The notes: generated from the sequence alone by a model not told the origin. Shown: positions 1-9,518, counted from the first letter of the stretch. The stretch: 59,753 nt of DNA from Salinimicrobium sp. (GCA_964228865.1 CAXRAI010000045.1:1-59753); one strand, 5' to 3'. Made by a program: numbers and translations.

Positions 1-227
1 GAAGATGAATGGGATGCAAGAGTAAGCGAACAGACTCCTGCTTCATTCTGTTAACCAACTTAGCGTAAAATATCCAATTCATAGAAATCAGATTCCGCTT
101 TTCATTGCATGGGCTCCCCTTGCAATACCCAGCTGTTGGAATGGTACCCTTGCGACTGACCTTCAGTCATCGGTTTGGGGTGATCGAGAATCGTGGCGGA
201 TGAACACCGCCTGACCGTCAATGTCGA

Positions 228-1613
228 TCAAGAACGCTTGGGGCCACGGCGGCGACGCTTGCCTCCGCCATCTTCGGCTTCCTCGCGCTTGGCGCGCTCT
301 TCACGGGACGAGCGGCGATTGCCCCCGCCGCCCCCACCGCGCTTGCCTCCACCGCCTTGCTTGGCGATGTCTGCGCGAATCTTGCGTCCGTCGACCTCCT
401 TGCCGTTGATCGCCTCGACCACCTTCGCAGCGTCGGCGTCTTCGGCGATGAAGACGAAGCCGAAGCCCTTCGAGCGGCCGTTGTCCATCACCAGGTCGGC
501 GCCGACGACGTTGGCGTGTTCGGCCACGAGGGCTTTGAGCGCGTCAACGTCCGTGTCGAAGGAGAGGTTGCCGACGTAGAGCTTCGTGCCCTTGGGCTGC
601 GGCTTGCGCTCGCCGCGCTCCCGCTTCTGGTCCGCATCGCGAACACCAATGCGGCGGCCGTTGATGCGCTTGCCGTCCAGCGCGGCGATGGCGGCATCGG
701 CATGGGCCTTCTCGCCGTAGGTCACGAAACCGAAGCCACGGGAGGTCCCAGAGTCGTCGGTCATCACGACGCAATCGGTCATGTCACCGTGCGCAGAGAA
801 GAGTTCGCGAAGTTTGTCGGTGTCCACGCCCCGGTCCAGGCCGCCAATGAAGAGACGGCATCCGGGCGCGCTGCGCTGACGGCGTTGTCCGCCACCACCG
901 CCACCGGTGTCAAAGCGGGGGTACTCGCGAGGCCGGCCGTCTTCACGAACGTCCTCAGCAAGGAAGCTGGCGCGAGCGGCCGGACCCTTGGAGAAGTGCG
1001 CTTCTGTGGCGCCGGTCCAGCGCTTGCCTGCGCCGTTCAGCGCGGCATGACCTTCACCCATACCGTATCCATCAGCAAGCGCGCGGAAGGTGCGCTCACC
1101 GCAATTCGGGCAGTGCATGTTCCAGTCGCCTTCCTGGTCCGGAACCATGGTGGTGCCGCAGTGGTGGCACAGCGCATGAAGGACGCCAGATGCGGCGTCG
1201 TTGCGCATGTCGATGCGGAGCACAGGAGAGGCGGCGGTGACCACCGCTCGGCACACGTCACGACGACGGAGGCCGTCACTGACTTGGTGGAGGTAGCGGT
1301 CAACGATGTCCGTCACGCGAAGTTGAGCACGGAGTTGATCGGCCACAGGAGGAACGTCTTGCCCTTCGACGCTGACGATGACCAATTCGGCGTTCTTCTC
1401 GTTGACCTTGTCAACGACGCCGATGACCACGTCTCCGACCTTGATGTCCATCACGTGGTTCAGGGCTTCCACGCTGACCGAACCGTCGGCTTCGTGGACG
1501 TGCCCGAGCACGGTTGCAATCAGGTCGGATCCGTGCACGGCCGTGCCGGGTCCAGCGGTTTGGGCAGGATGGGTCCCGACCTTGGTGCCGGGCGTGACGA
1601 GGCTCGTCGTCAT
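228..1613 (-). CDS. csl4: Exosome RNA-binding subunit Csl4 fused to two RRM domains and a Gly/Arg-rich tail
   Basis: N-terminus has Csl4 architecture (VTPG..VG...GPGT, S1-like KVGDVVIGVV, Zn ribbon CHHCG...CPNCG, R.LA..YG). Two RRMs follow, with RNP2/RNP1 motifs LFIGGL/RGFGFVTY and LYVGNL/KGFGFVFI. Start placed at ATG 1613 (MTTSLV). Confidence 0.85.
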   Translation of the reverse strand: MTTSLVTPGTKVGTHPAQTAGPGTAVHGSDLIATVLGHVHEADGSVSVEALNHVMDIKVGDVVIGVVDKVNEKNAELVIVSVEGQDVPPVADQLRAQLRVTDIVDRYLHQVSDGLRRRDVCRAVVTAASPVLRIDMRNDAASGVLHALCHHCGTTMVPDQEGDWNMHCPNCGERTFRALADGYGMGEGHAALNGAGKRWTGATEAHFSKGPAARASFLAEDVREDGRPREYPRFDTGGGGGGQRRQRSAPGCRLFIGGLDRGVDTDKLRELFSAHGDMTDCVVMTDDSGTSRGFGFVTYGEKAHADAAIAALDGKRINGRRIGVRDADQKRERGERKPQPKGTKLYVGNLSFDTDVDALKALVAEHANVVGADLVMDNGRSKGFGFVFIAEDADAAKVVEAINGKEVDGRKIRADIAKQGGGGKRGGGGGGNRRSSREERAKREEAEDGGGKRRRRGPKRS

Positions 1614-1685
1614 GAAATCACGTCGTGCGACACCGAGGTGGCGCGTCGGGGCCTCACGGACCCTCCTTTTCAATGCGTTCCTCCC

Positions 1686-2306
1686 TCAAGCGCGGGTGAA
1701 GCGCCGGCAAAGCACCTCGGTGTCTCGCCGTCCGCTGCGCTGATGGGCATGGACGAGCGGCAAACGAAACGGGGCACGAAGGACGTCCTCCGATTGCCAT
1801 CCATGACCCGCCGCCAAGGCTTCCACATGACTTGCCTCGGCATGATGCATGAGGTGAATCACCTCCGCTTCGCTGGTGAACATCGCTTCGAGGATCGGCC
1901 GGTCGGCTCCCGTGGTTTGCACGCCCCATGGCGGATTGCTGATGAGGACCGCTCCATGAACGGAGGCGAGGTCGTCCACCGACTGAACAGCCTCCACGAC
2001 CACGGTCACGTTCGCTTTGTGATCAGCCGCGTTTCGTTCGGCCACCTCGGCCACGGAAGGGTCGGCCTCGATGAGGCGCACGGAGGTCGCACCGAGCATG
2101 ACCGCACCCAAACCGAGGATGCCGTTGCCCGCGCCGACGTCGATGATCTCACGGCCCTCAAGGTCCCCAAAAGCGGCCATGGCAGCGAGCCACTCCGCCG
2201 CAAGGTTGCCCTCGGTGGCGTATTGCTCGAGGTCTGAGCGTTGCATCGGATGGGGCTCCAGTGAGGAGAGCGCCATCGCCAGATGCCGAAGGCGCACGTT
2301 GTTCAC
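1686..2306 (-). CDS. METTL5-like SAM-dependent (rRNA m6A) methyltransferase
   Basis: LEQY.T motif, DVGAGNG SAM-binding motif and NPPW catalytic motif. Next to csl4, as in many archaeal genomes. GTG start overlaps the upstream stop. Confidence 0.85.
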   Translation of the reverse strand: MNNVRLRHLAMALSSLEPHPMQRSDLEQYATEGNLAAEWLAAMAAFGDLEGREIIDVGAGNGILGLGAVMLGATSVRLIEADPSVAEVAERNAADHKANVTVVVEAVQSVDDLASVHGAVLISNPPWGVQTTGADRPILEAMFTSEAEVIHLMHHAEASHVEALAAGHGWQSEDVLRAPFRLPLVHAHQRSGRRDTEVLCRRFTRA

Positions 2307-2491
2307 CAGCGTGGTGGTTGGCCCTGACCGTAGCCTTGCTGCGCCTGAATTTGCTGCATGATGATGCGAATTTGCTCCGCTTCAGCACGGAGACGGGCCA
2401 CCAGTTGTTCACCCGGTTGTTGGGCTCCACAGAAGCGGCAAAACCGAATGTTGTCGGGATGCTGCTGACCGCAGTTGATGCAGAATCCCAT
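2303..2491 (-). CDS. Small zinc-ribbon protein with Gln-rich tail
   Basis: FCINCG...FCRFCG pair of CxxC motifs, followed by a helical and QG-rich tail. TTGAAG element 29 nt upstream of the ATG. Confidence 0.75.
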   Translation of the reverse strand: MGFCINCGQQHPDNIRFCRFCGAQQPGEQLVARLRAEAEQIRIIMQQIQAQQGYGQGQPPRW

Positions 2492-2516
2492 GGTTGAGAC
2501 GTGGGCGTGTTCGGCT

Positions 2517-3629
2517 TCAACCTTGCTGCCCTGTCATCTCGACGAACAAGGCCCAAGCGTTCAGATCGGTGGCCACGGCTCGCTCGTTGATGTCCTCCCA
2601 TCGAGGATCGTCCATCATGTCACCCGGTTCTACGCCCGCATCCATCAATTCCTGAATGAGCGCACGGAATTCCGCTTCAATCGGGGACATCTCAACCTCC
2701 GGCGGTGCATCCGGGACAGGAGGCACGGGCACCTCTTCAGGAGCGATGGATGCCTCTGGTGCGGCTTCAGTTGGAATCGGTGGCGCTTCAGAGGACGGAA
2801 CATCGACGACGGGCAAGGCCACCGTTTCTGACTCTGCGGCGACCATGTCTTCCATGGCCTCGTCCACGCGCCGGCTGACGTTTTCGAGCAAGGTCTCCGG
2901 ACGGTCGGGTTGAGCGACCTGAGGCAAAGGAACCGCCTCGTCGCTCGAGGCATCAGCAAGGTGCTCGACCTCGGCGGTTGGAGCCTCCTCAGCGCCTGGT
3001 TCCGGTTCGGTCACCGGTGCAGGCTCGGGCTCTGCGACCACCGGTTCAGGCTCGGGACGCTCAAGCCGGCCCACACCGAGCACTTCCGCTTGTTGACGTG
3101 CATGCTCTGCCGCTTGACGGGCGGGCAGACTCACGAAGCACTTGCCCGCGAGGGACGCCACCGAGAAGGGGAGGTGATATCGCTCGATGGCGGGAACGTC
3201 AGGATGCCTGAACAGGAGCAACCGCTCGATTTCGAAACGGCGCTGGTTGGGCAAGCCCATCGAAAACGGAACCGGATGGACCTCCACGGTGCTGCGCATC
3301 CAGCCCTCACGCGTGACCAAGTGTTGCAACCATGAGCCGAGATCGGAGGAGGCAAGGTCCACAAAGAGAAAGGAAGCAAGACGTGGGTCCAACCCCTGGT
3401 CTTCCAGCAGTGGAGCCTCGGCTCGAGGCCGATGGAACATGGAGATGACCGGCTGGCCGTGTTCCACCATGTCGCCGTGCATCTCGTACAGCTTGCGCTC
3501 TTTGCGGGGCATCATCATGAGCACGCGGGTTCGGCTTGCTGCTGGATCCCAAATGACGCCCCAACGCGAGGACGCCTCGGCAAGAAGCTGTCCGATGGTC
3601 GCATCTGGAATCATCGCCGTTACGCCCAT
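2517..3629 (-). CDS. Hypothetical protein: globular N-domain, Pro/Glu-rich linker, small helical C-domain
   Basis: 370-aa ORF that fills the space in a run of minus-strand genes. Protein-like composition with PE-rich low-complexity stretches. Confidence 0.7.
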   Translation of the reverse strand: MGVTAMIPDATIGQLLAEASSRWGVIWDPAASRTRVLMMMPRKERKLYEMHGDMVEHGQPVISMFHRPRAEAPLLEDQGLDPRLASFLFVDLASSDLGSWLQHLVTREGWMRSTVEVHPVPFSMGLPNQRRFEIERLLLFRHPDVPAIERYHLPFSVASLAGKCFVSLPARQAAEHARQQAEVLGVGRLERPEPEPVVAEPEPAPVTEPEPGAEEAPTAEVEHLADASSDEAVPLPQVAQPDRPETLLENVSRRVDEAMEDMVAAESETVALPVVDVPSSEAPPIPTEAAPEASIAPEEVPVPPVPDAPPEVEMSPIEAEFRALIQELMDAGVEPGDMMDDPRWEDINERAVATDLNAWALFVEMTGQQG

Positions 3630-3680
3630 GCGTTCACCCAGATGGGGAACAGACCTTGGGGTTTGAAGGGCTTCCGACGG

Positions 3681-4748
3681 TCAAGACCACCGTGTTGAGG
3701 CCAATTCGGCCAAGAGGACCACGCCGCCTGCAGCTCCGCGGATGGTGTTGTGGGACAGTGAACGCAGACGGACATGTCGGGGACCCTCCAGGCGGAGATC
3801 ACCCACCACCGTGGCCATACCTGCCTGCAAGTAGGTGGCCGGATCGACGTTTGTCGGGAAGGACTGACCGTCGGCCCAAAGGTGCACGTTCCGGTCGACC
3901 GGTCCATCGACACGCATGATTGGCTTGTGAGGGGCAGAGGGCAGACCCGCCGCCTCGGGATGGGTCGAAAAAGCATCCAACGCAGCCTGCACGTCAGAAA
4001 GCTCCACGCTGCTCGACAACTCAAACACGGCTTCGACGATGTGACCTTCGGTCTCATCGACGCGTTGGCATCGCATCTGTCCGTTGATCCTCGAGGGGTG
4101 GACGACCCCGTCGTTGAGGTCGCCCGCAACCCACCTCATCTCCCCCATCGTCTTCTCGGCTTCGCCAGGGATGTCAGGCGTCAGAGGCACCTCGCCACGC
4201 ATCAACGCATAACCTGCGCCCGAGCGCGCCTGTTCACTGGTGGCCTTGTACGCGCGCACACCGAAGGCACGGTGGAGGGCGAGGTAAGGCATCAAGAGCG
4301 GAATCAGCGTGCAATTGGTGGCGCATGCATGCATCACGTCATGCGCGGGGCGGGTCCTGAGGTGATGCGGATTGACGTCGGCCACGACCAGTGGAACCTC
4401 CGGACGTCGCCGATAGGCGCTGGCGTTCGAACAGACCCGAATGCCCCCTTCCACCAAGCGTGGTTCAAGCTCCAAGGCGACATCGGAGGGCACTGCGGAG
4501 AAGGCCCACGACACACCGAGGGCATGCAAGCGCTCCACAAGGCCGGGGTCGTGCACATCGAGCACAGGTGGAAGGGTCAACGAAGGCGCATGGCCTTCAA
4601 GCCCCCACAGCAGTTCTGCAGGGTCCTTTCCAGCTGTACGTTGAGATCCGGCCAACGCACGGAGGTCGAACATCGGGTGGTTGGCCAGGCGTTGTTGCAG
4701 ACGCTGACCAACGAGGCCGGACGCACCGAGAACCACCGCCCCATGCAT
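3681..4748 (-). CDS. asd: Aspartate-semialdehyde dehydrogenase
   Basis: VLGASGLVG Rossmann motif, SNASAYR, catalytic Cys in TNCT, Q.RSGAG and SHNTIRGAAG. Confidence 0.9.
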   Translation of the reverse strand: MHGAVVLGASGLVGQRLQQRLANHPMFDLRALAGSQRTAGKDPAELLWGLEGHAPSLTLPPVLDVHDPGLVERLHALGVSWAFSAVPSDVALELEPRLVEGGIRVCSNASAYRRRPEVPLVVADVNPHHLRTRPAHDVMHACATNCTLIPLLMPYLALHRAFGVRAYKATSEQARSGAGYALMRGEVPLTPDIPGEAEKTMGEMRWVAGDLNDGVVHPSRINGQMRCQRVDETEGHIVEAVFELSSSVELSDVQAALDAFSTHPEAAGLPSAPHKPIMRVDGPVDRNVHLWADGQSFPTNVDPATYLQAGMATVVGDLRLEGPRHVRLRSLSHNTIRGAAGGVVLLAELASTRWS

Positions 4749-4788
4749 CCTGAACGCTCTCCTGAGGTGCGGGTCACGCCAAGGCGCA

Positions 4789-5478
4789 TCAAAGGTGCGT
4801 TTTCCTCGCTTCCATCACCCGCCGTACGATGAGTTTCCGAAGGATGCGGACGCCATCGAGGATGGACGTCAATTTGGCCTCGCCCTTTCGTGCACGGTAA
4901 GGGATGCGGACCCATGTGGGCGGATGTCCCATCGCGGCCAAAGATGCGAACAATTCGGCTTCAAGTTCGAAACCCAAGCTGTTCAGACGCAACCGCTCCA
5001 CCACACCCCTGCGCATGACCCAACACCCAGAGCATACATCTGCAGCATCGGTTCTGTGCACGACGGAAGCCACCGCACTTAGAAATCGGTTCCCGAGAAA
5101 ATTCAGGGGGCTCATCGAGGAAGGCTCCAGCGGTCCTTGAAGGCGGTCACCCACAAGAACAGGATGCTGTGCGAGCATTGGTATCAGGTCCACCAAGGCC
5201 TCCACAGGATAGGTGCCGTCCGCGTCGATCATCGCAAGAGCGTCCCACGGGCCGGCGAGGAACACGTCGATTGCGGATCGGATGGCTGCACCTTTGCCGC
5301 GGCCGTGTTGCTGGACCACGTGAACGCCTGCAGCCTGAGCAAGGGCGACGGTCGCGTCTTCGCTGCGCCCGTCCACCACGAGCACATCGAACCGGTCGCT
5401 TTGGTCCAAAGCGTCCTTGAGGACGGATTTCACCCCTGCCTCCTCGTTGAGGGTTGGCAGCACGAGCAGCGCCCGCAT
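4789..5478 (-). CDS. Glycosyltransferase family 2 (polyprenol-phosphate glycosyltransferase-like)
   Basis: PTLNE, VVDGRSED, GKGAA, DADGTY (DxD) and Y..R.GE.KL motifs. Confidence 0.88.
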   Translation of the reverse strand: MRALLVLPTLNEEAGVKSVLKDALDQSDRFDVLVVDGRSEDATVALAQAAGVHVVQQHGRGKGAAIRSAIDVFLAGPWDALAMIDADGTYPVEALVDLIPMLAQHPVLVGDRLQGPLEPSSMSPLNFLGNRFLSAVASVVHRTDAADVCSGCWVMRRGVVERLRLNSLGFELEAELFASLAAMGHPPTWVRIPYRARKGEAKLTSILDGVRILRKLIVRRVMEARKTHL

Positions 5479-5497
5479 GAAAACCCGTGGGCGGCCT

Positions 5498-7717
5498 TCA
5501 TGTTGATGCTTTGGCCGAGGGAAGGTGGAAGGTCAGCGCATGCAACCGCAGACCGTCAAAACTGACCAATCGGTCGGTTCGACCGGAGGCACCTGCGGGG
5601 TCCAACCAGAGGCTTGACCCGTCGTCCAACGAGAGGTCGAGGTCCCCGTCCGGAAGGCCCTCGCCGCACAGTCGATCGTGCCCCGCGGGGCCAGAAAGGT
5701 CCTCCGACCATGTGCCCAACACAAAGGTGCCAGCGTCCAAAGGCCCGATGCGCTCCACATGGAGGCACATCGTGACGGGGCGGTCAGGCAAGGCATCGGG
5801 CAACGTGAAGGAGAGCGACAACGTCGCGGGAGCATCGATGACTGGACGGTGTGGTCCAAGGCCGTGAGCATCGTTCCACCGTTGCTCAATCCAAGGATCG
5901 GGACGCATGGTGCAACCATTGCTTGCACATGACGTTTCAACAAATGCCGCAACTCCGAGGAAGTCATCTTCGGGAACCTCACGAAGCGCCCATGCTCGGC
6001 TTCCGGACAGTTCGATCACCTCCTCCCACCACGGCGAGCGCTCCAACACCCAACCAAGGGCCCCGAGAGGGCTTGAGATGGCCCACTTGACATCGAGGTC
6101 GATGAGCGTGGCCACGTCATCGGTGAGCACGGCTTGCGTGGCGCGCAGGTGAAGCGCCGTCGGTCCGTCGTGGGCCCCGAGGTCAACGCCCACCGTCAGG
6201 TTGAGGCCTGAAACCACCATGGCTTCACCCCATGGTGCTTGTTCGGCGTAGACCAACGCTTCCCCTGACCAAGCATGAAGCCGTTCGGCCACCTCAACAT
6301 CTCCGGGGGCCAAGGCCAAGGTCTCATCATGAACCCATAAACGGGCCATGGCGCCCGTGGCCGCCACGCTCGCGAGCATGACCAAGACCACCAAGGCGAC
6401 GGCCAAGGGTCGAGGTGGACATGGATCGCCTTCGACCACGAAGAAACTCGGTGAGGCCTCAGCTCCACGCAGGGACGTGGAATTCGACCACCACAACGCG
6501 ACCAAAGCGGCTGCGGGGAGATGAAAGGCGTACATCCCCATCGCATACAGCCCAGATCCAAGGTTGGTCAAGGCGGCCCCACGTGCACCGTCTGGAAGAA
6601 GTTGAACCAGACTTAGCCCCCACGTCAACACCAACCAAAGCACCAGAAGGCGGGATTCACGGAAGCCCCGCAGACGCCAGCCGGCCCAAGCGGCAAACCC
6701 AACGAGAGGGCTGCCGTAGGCCAACATCGGCCAGCCACCCTGCCATCCGTCCTCGGCAAATGGAGCATCCAAGCGTACGTCTTGGCTGAGCAGGGCCACG
6801 CCAGACAGCAACACCACCAAGCCGAACAGCACACCGAGGTCGAGACGAAGGCGGTCAAGCGGCCCCTTGGCGAGGCCCTGTGAGGCCACGTCAGCCATGA
6901 GCAAAAGCATCAGCAGAAAGGCCCCGGCTGGATGAAGGAACGCACTCGCGATGGCGCTCAAAAAGAGCACCAGCCGCTTTTCAGAACGTGGTCCGTCCAC
7001 CTCCAACATCCTTCCGAGGTTGGCTGGAATCAACACGAGGGAGAGGACCGTGGGCCATCCGCTGTCCAAAACTTTCGAAAAGACCCCCACGGCGAGCATC
7101 ATTGCAAGGATGCCCTCGCCTCCCGCGCCGTGCCGGTCCATGGCGGAGAACATGCCAAGCAGCAGAGCAGCGAGGGTGAATTGACCAATGGCCAGACCAA
7201 CGCTCGGCAAGGGGAGCCCGGTCACGTGAGCGATGAAGGCCAAGAGCGCTGGAAATCCCGGAGGGTAGAGCCACTGGTGCCCTGAGGCCGACGCAAATGC
7301 GCCTCGTTCCGTGAGGTGGTGGGCCAACGCGGTGAACCCGACCCAATCGACACCTTGTGGGAGGTCAGCCGTCACCACAGGGAGCAAGGCCAACACGGTG
7401 ACCGATCCACCAAGCCAAATTCGACGCGTGGCACGCTGAGCGCGAAACCAAGCGTCTCGTTCCGAAGGCAAAGGAACTGGTGTGCGACGCACGGTGAACA
7501 GCCCCCACACTTGGAGCATCAACGTCACAAACATCGCCACCCAGATGGACCAGACACCGACCAAAACCAGGGCACCAAAAGCCGAGGCGAGGGCTGCAAG
7601 ACCCAGGGCCGGAGCAGCACACCACCGCTGCAAACGGTCGCCTTGCCCATGCAGTTTTGTGGCCAAGCCAAGCCCTGGCAGCACCGTCAACAGGCTCAAC
7701 GCGAGCAGAGCCTGCAT
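5498..7717 (-). CDS. Polytopic membrane protein, possible GT-C-fold glycosyltransferase
   Basis: More than 12 hydrophobic segments, an acidic loop (GVDW) followed by YPPGF, and a soluble C-terminal domain. Directly upstream of the GT2 gene. Confidence 0.55.
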   Translation of the reverse strand: MQALLALSLLTVLPGLGLATKLHGQGDRLQRWCAAPALGLAALASAFGALVLVGVWSIWVAMFVTLMLQVWGLFTVRRTPVPLPSERDAWFRAQRATRRIWLGGSVTVLALLPVVTADLPQGVDWVGFTALAHHLTERGAFASASGHQWLYPPGFPALLAFIAHVTGLPLPSVGLAIGQFTLAALLLGMFSAMDRHGAGGEGILAMMLAVGVFSKVLDSGWPTVLSLVLIPANLGRMLEVDGPRSEKRLVLFLSAIASAFLHPAGAFLLMLLLMADVASQGLAKGPLDRLRLDLGVLFGLVVLLSGVALLSQDVRLDAPFAEDGWQGGWPMLAYGSPLVGFAAWAGWRLRGFRESRLLVLWLVLTWGLSLVQLLPDGARGAALTNLGSGLYAMGMYAFHLPAAALVALWWSNSTSLRGAEASPSFFVVEGDPCPPRPLAVALVVLVMLASVAATGAMARLWVHDETLALAPGDVEVAERLHAWSGEALVYAEQAPWGEAMVVSGLNLTVGVDLGAHDGPTALHLRATQAVLTDDVATLIDLDVKWAISSPLGALGWVLERSPWWEEVIELSGSRAWALREVPEDDFLGVAAFVETSCASNGCTMRPDPWIEQRWNDAHGLGPHRPVIDAPATLSLSFTLPDALPDRPVTMCLHVERIGPLDAGTFVLGTWSEDLSGPAGHDRLCGEGLPDGDLDLSLDDGSSLWLDPAGASGRTDRLVSFDGLRLHALTFHLPSAKAST

Positions 7718-7748
7718 GGTTGTGGCTCGAGCGGAGGGTGGTTGAGCC

Positions 7749-8405
7749 TTGCCGACGAAGACCTATGACGCTGGACCGACTCGACCCTGCATGGACGGCT
7801 GGCCCTTTCACGAGGTGATGGCCATGCCAGGCGGCTACTGGGTCCTTGACTTGACCCGCCAACCCGTCGAGGGTTGGCAGGCCCCCTTCCCGTTCACGGT
7901 TGGGCGGTACGATGAGGCACGTCCGTGGATGTACAACACCCCTCTGTTCGGTGGCAGGCGCCATGTGCACCTTGGCTTGGATCTGGGAGGACCTGAAGGG
8001 ACGCCCGTGCACGCCTTTGCAGACGGTCACATCCACGCCATCGGGTTCGAGGACGCCGATGGCGGGTACGGGTCCACGGTGGTGACCGTTCACGACGTGG
8101 CCCTTCCAGCACACGTACCCCACCCTTGGGCGGGAAGCAAACACCGAGTGTGGGCCCTGCACGGCCACCTCTCACGTGCCGATTTGACCCGCTGGAACGT
8201 CGGCGATGCCGTGGAAGGTGGGCAGGTCATCGGTCACTTGGGCGGCCCGCATGAGAACGGCGGTTGGGCGCCGCACGTCCACCTCCAATTGGCCTTGACC
8301 GCCCCGGAAGGCTTTGACATGGAGGGCGTGGTGGCACCTGAAGACCGTGAATCCGCCATGGAACGACATCCAGATCCCCGTTTGGTCGTGGGCCCGCTGT
8401 ACTGA
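7749..8405 (+). CDS. M23 family metallopeptidase domain protein
   Basis: HLGLD (HxxxD), GTPVHA, GYG, HGHL and PHVHLQ (HxH) motifs. Start uncertain (TTG 7749 or ATG 7791). Confidence 0.85.
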   Translation: MPTKTYDAGPTRPCMDGWPFHEVMAMPGGYWVLDLTRQPVEGWQAPFPFTVGRYDEARPWMYNTPLFGGRRHVHLGLDLGGPEGTPVHAFADGHIHAIGFEDADGGYGSTVVTVHDVALPAHVPHPWAGSKHRVWALHGHLSRADLTRWNVGDAVEGGQVIGHLGGPHENGGWAPHVHLQLALTAPEGFDMEGVVAPEDRESAMERHPDPRLVVGPLY

Positions 8406-8409
8406 CCGT

Positions 8410-9495
8410 TCACTGGTGTTGAGCCAAATGAGCCTTCAGCGATGAGATGGGTCCGATGCTGGTGGGATCCTTCCCTGCGAGAACGGCCAAGGTGACGGAA
8501 AGCCAGTCCATCACGATGGAATGGTACAGCATCGCCTCAAGAAGGCTCGAACCTTCACCCACGAGTTGCCATGCCGCCTCGGTTTCGAGGTGCTGCACCA
8601 TCCACGCGATGCGGGAGCGGACCTCGGCTTGCATGCCGCGCCACGTCAACAACAGCACGGCTTGGTCCGCGACCGTTGGGTCTGCGACGTCACCGGTGCC
8701 TCCCCATGCCACGACTTCGTTGTGGTTCATTTCCGGCACAACCCCAATTCGGGCGAAGCGCCCGGAGTTTTCGTTCAGCTGATTCTTGAATCGCGTCAAG
8801 ACCGGGGCGAGTTCCGTCGGACCAAGCAAAGCCACGGACCGATCGAGCAAGGCCTCCGCCAGTGCTTCCACGCCCCCTACGTCGTTGTCACGAGGATCGT
8901 GAAGACGGGAGGCAGCACGAAGGCGGTCAAACATGCCTGCATCGTCTTGCCCCTGCGGAAGGAGGTTCAGCGAGCGGAGAAGCGAGACCTGCCGACCGAA
9001 GATGTGGCCGAACGCGGAACGAGGAGGTTGGCCTCCTGGCGCCCCCACCAAGTGGACGTGATCATGGGTTTCCGCCAATCCAGCCAACTCGCCTCCGGTG
9101 GCCACCACCACCACGGTGAACCCGTGGGCGATGGCCGTACGCGTGGCGCTCAGGGTCTCAGCGGTGTTCCCCGAATAGGAGGTTGCGAGCACCAACCAAT
9201 CAGAGGTCACCCAGCGTGGCAGGGCAGCGTCAGCATGAGACAGGACCGGGAGTGGGCCGTGGTCGTTTGCCAAACTGGAGAGAAAAGACCCGCCTGCAGC
9301 CGACCCTCCCATCCCAAGGCACAGCACCCCCGCCCATGCGCGAGCCCGAAGGTCCGGCAGCCAAGGGCAGGTCTGCTCGTTGACGGCGAGGAAAGCGGAT
9401 TGGAGGTCGTCCACGAAGCGCCCCACGTGTCCGAACATGTCCTCGCTGTCCAGTGCGTGAATGCGGGCAACGAGCGAGAGAGGGCCTTCCACCAT
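8410..9495 (-). CDS. Bifunctional phosphoglucose/phosphomannose isomerase (SIS domain)
   Basis: GMGGS, SYSGNTAET, GQPPR, RFKNQLNEN and PEMNHNE motifs. Start at ATG 9495. Confidence 0.88.
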   Translation of the reverse strand: MVEGPLSLVARIHALDSEDMFGHVGRFVDDLQSAFLAVNEQTCPWLPDLRARAWAGVLCLGMGGSAAGGSFLSSLANDHGPLPVLSHADAALPRWVTSDWLVLATSYSGNTAETLSATRTAIAHGFTVVVVATGGELAGLAETHDHVHLVGAPGGQPPRSAFGHIFGRQVSLLRSLNLLPQGQDDAGMFDRLRAASRLHDPRDNDVGGVEALAEALLDRSVALLGPTELAPVLTRFKNQLNENSGRFARIGVVPEMNHNEVVAWGGTGDVADPTVADQAVLLLTWRGMQAEVRSRIAWMVQHLETEAAWQLVGEGSSLLEAMLYHSIVMDWLSVTLAVLAGKDPTSIGPISSLKAHLAQHQ

Positions 9496-9518
9496 GCCTT
9501 GGCTGTGCCCTCGGGACC

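Noticed and set aside
357-2237. 626-aa plus-strand ORF
   Set aside because: Antisense shadow of csl4 and the methylase in high-GC DNA, with no recognisable motifs.
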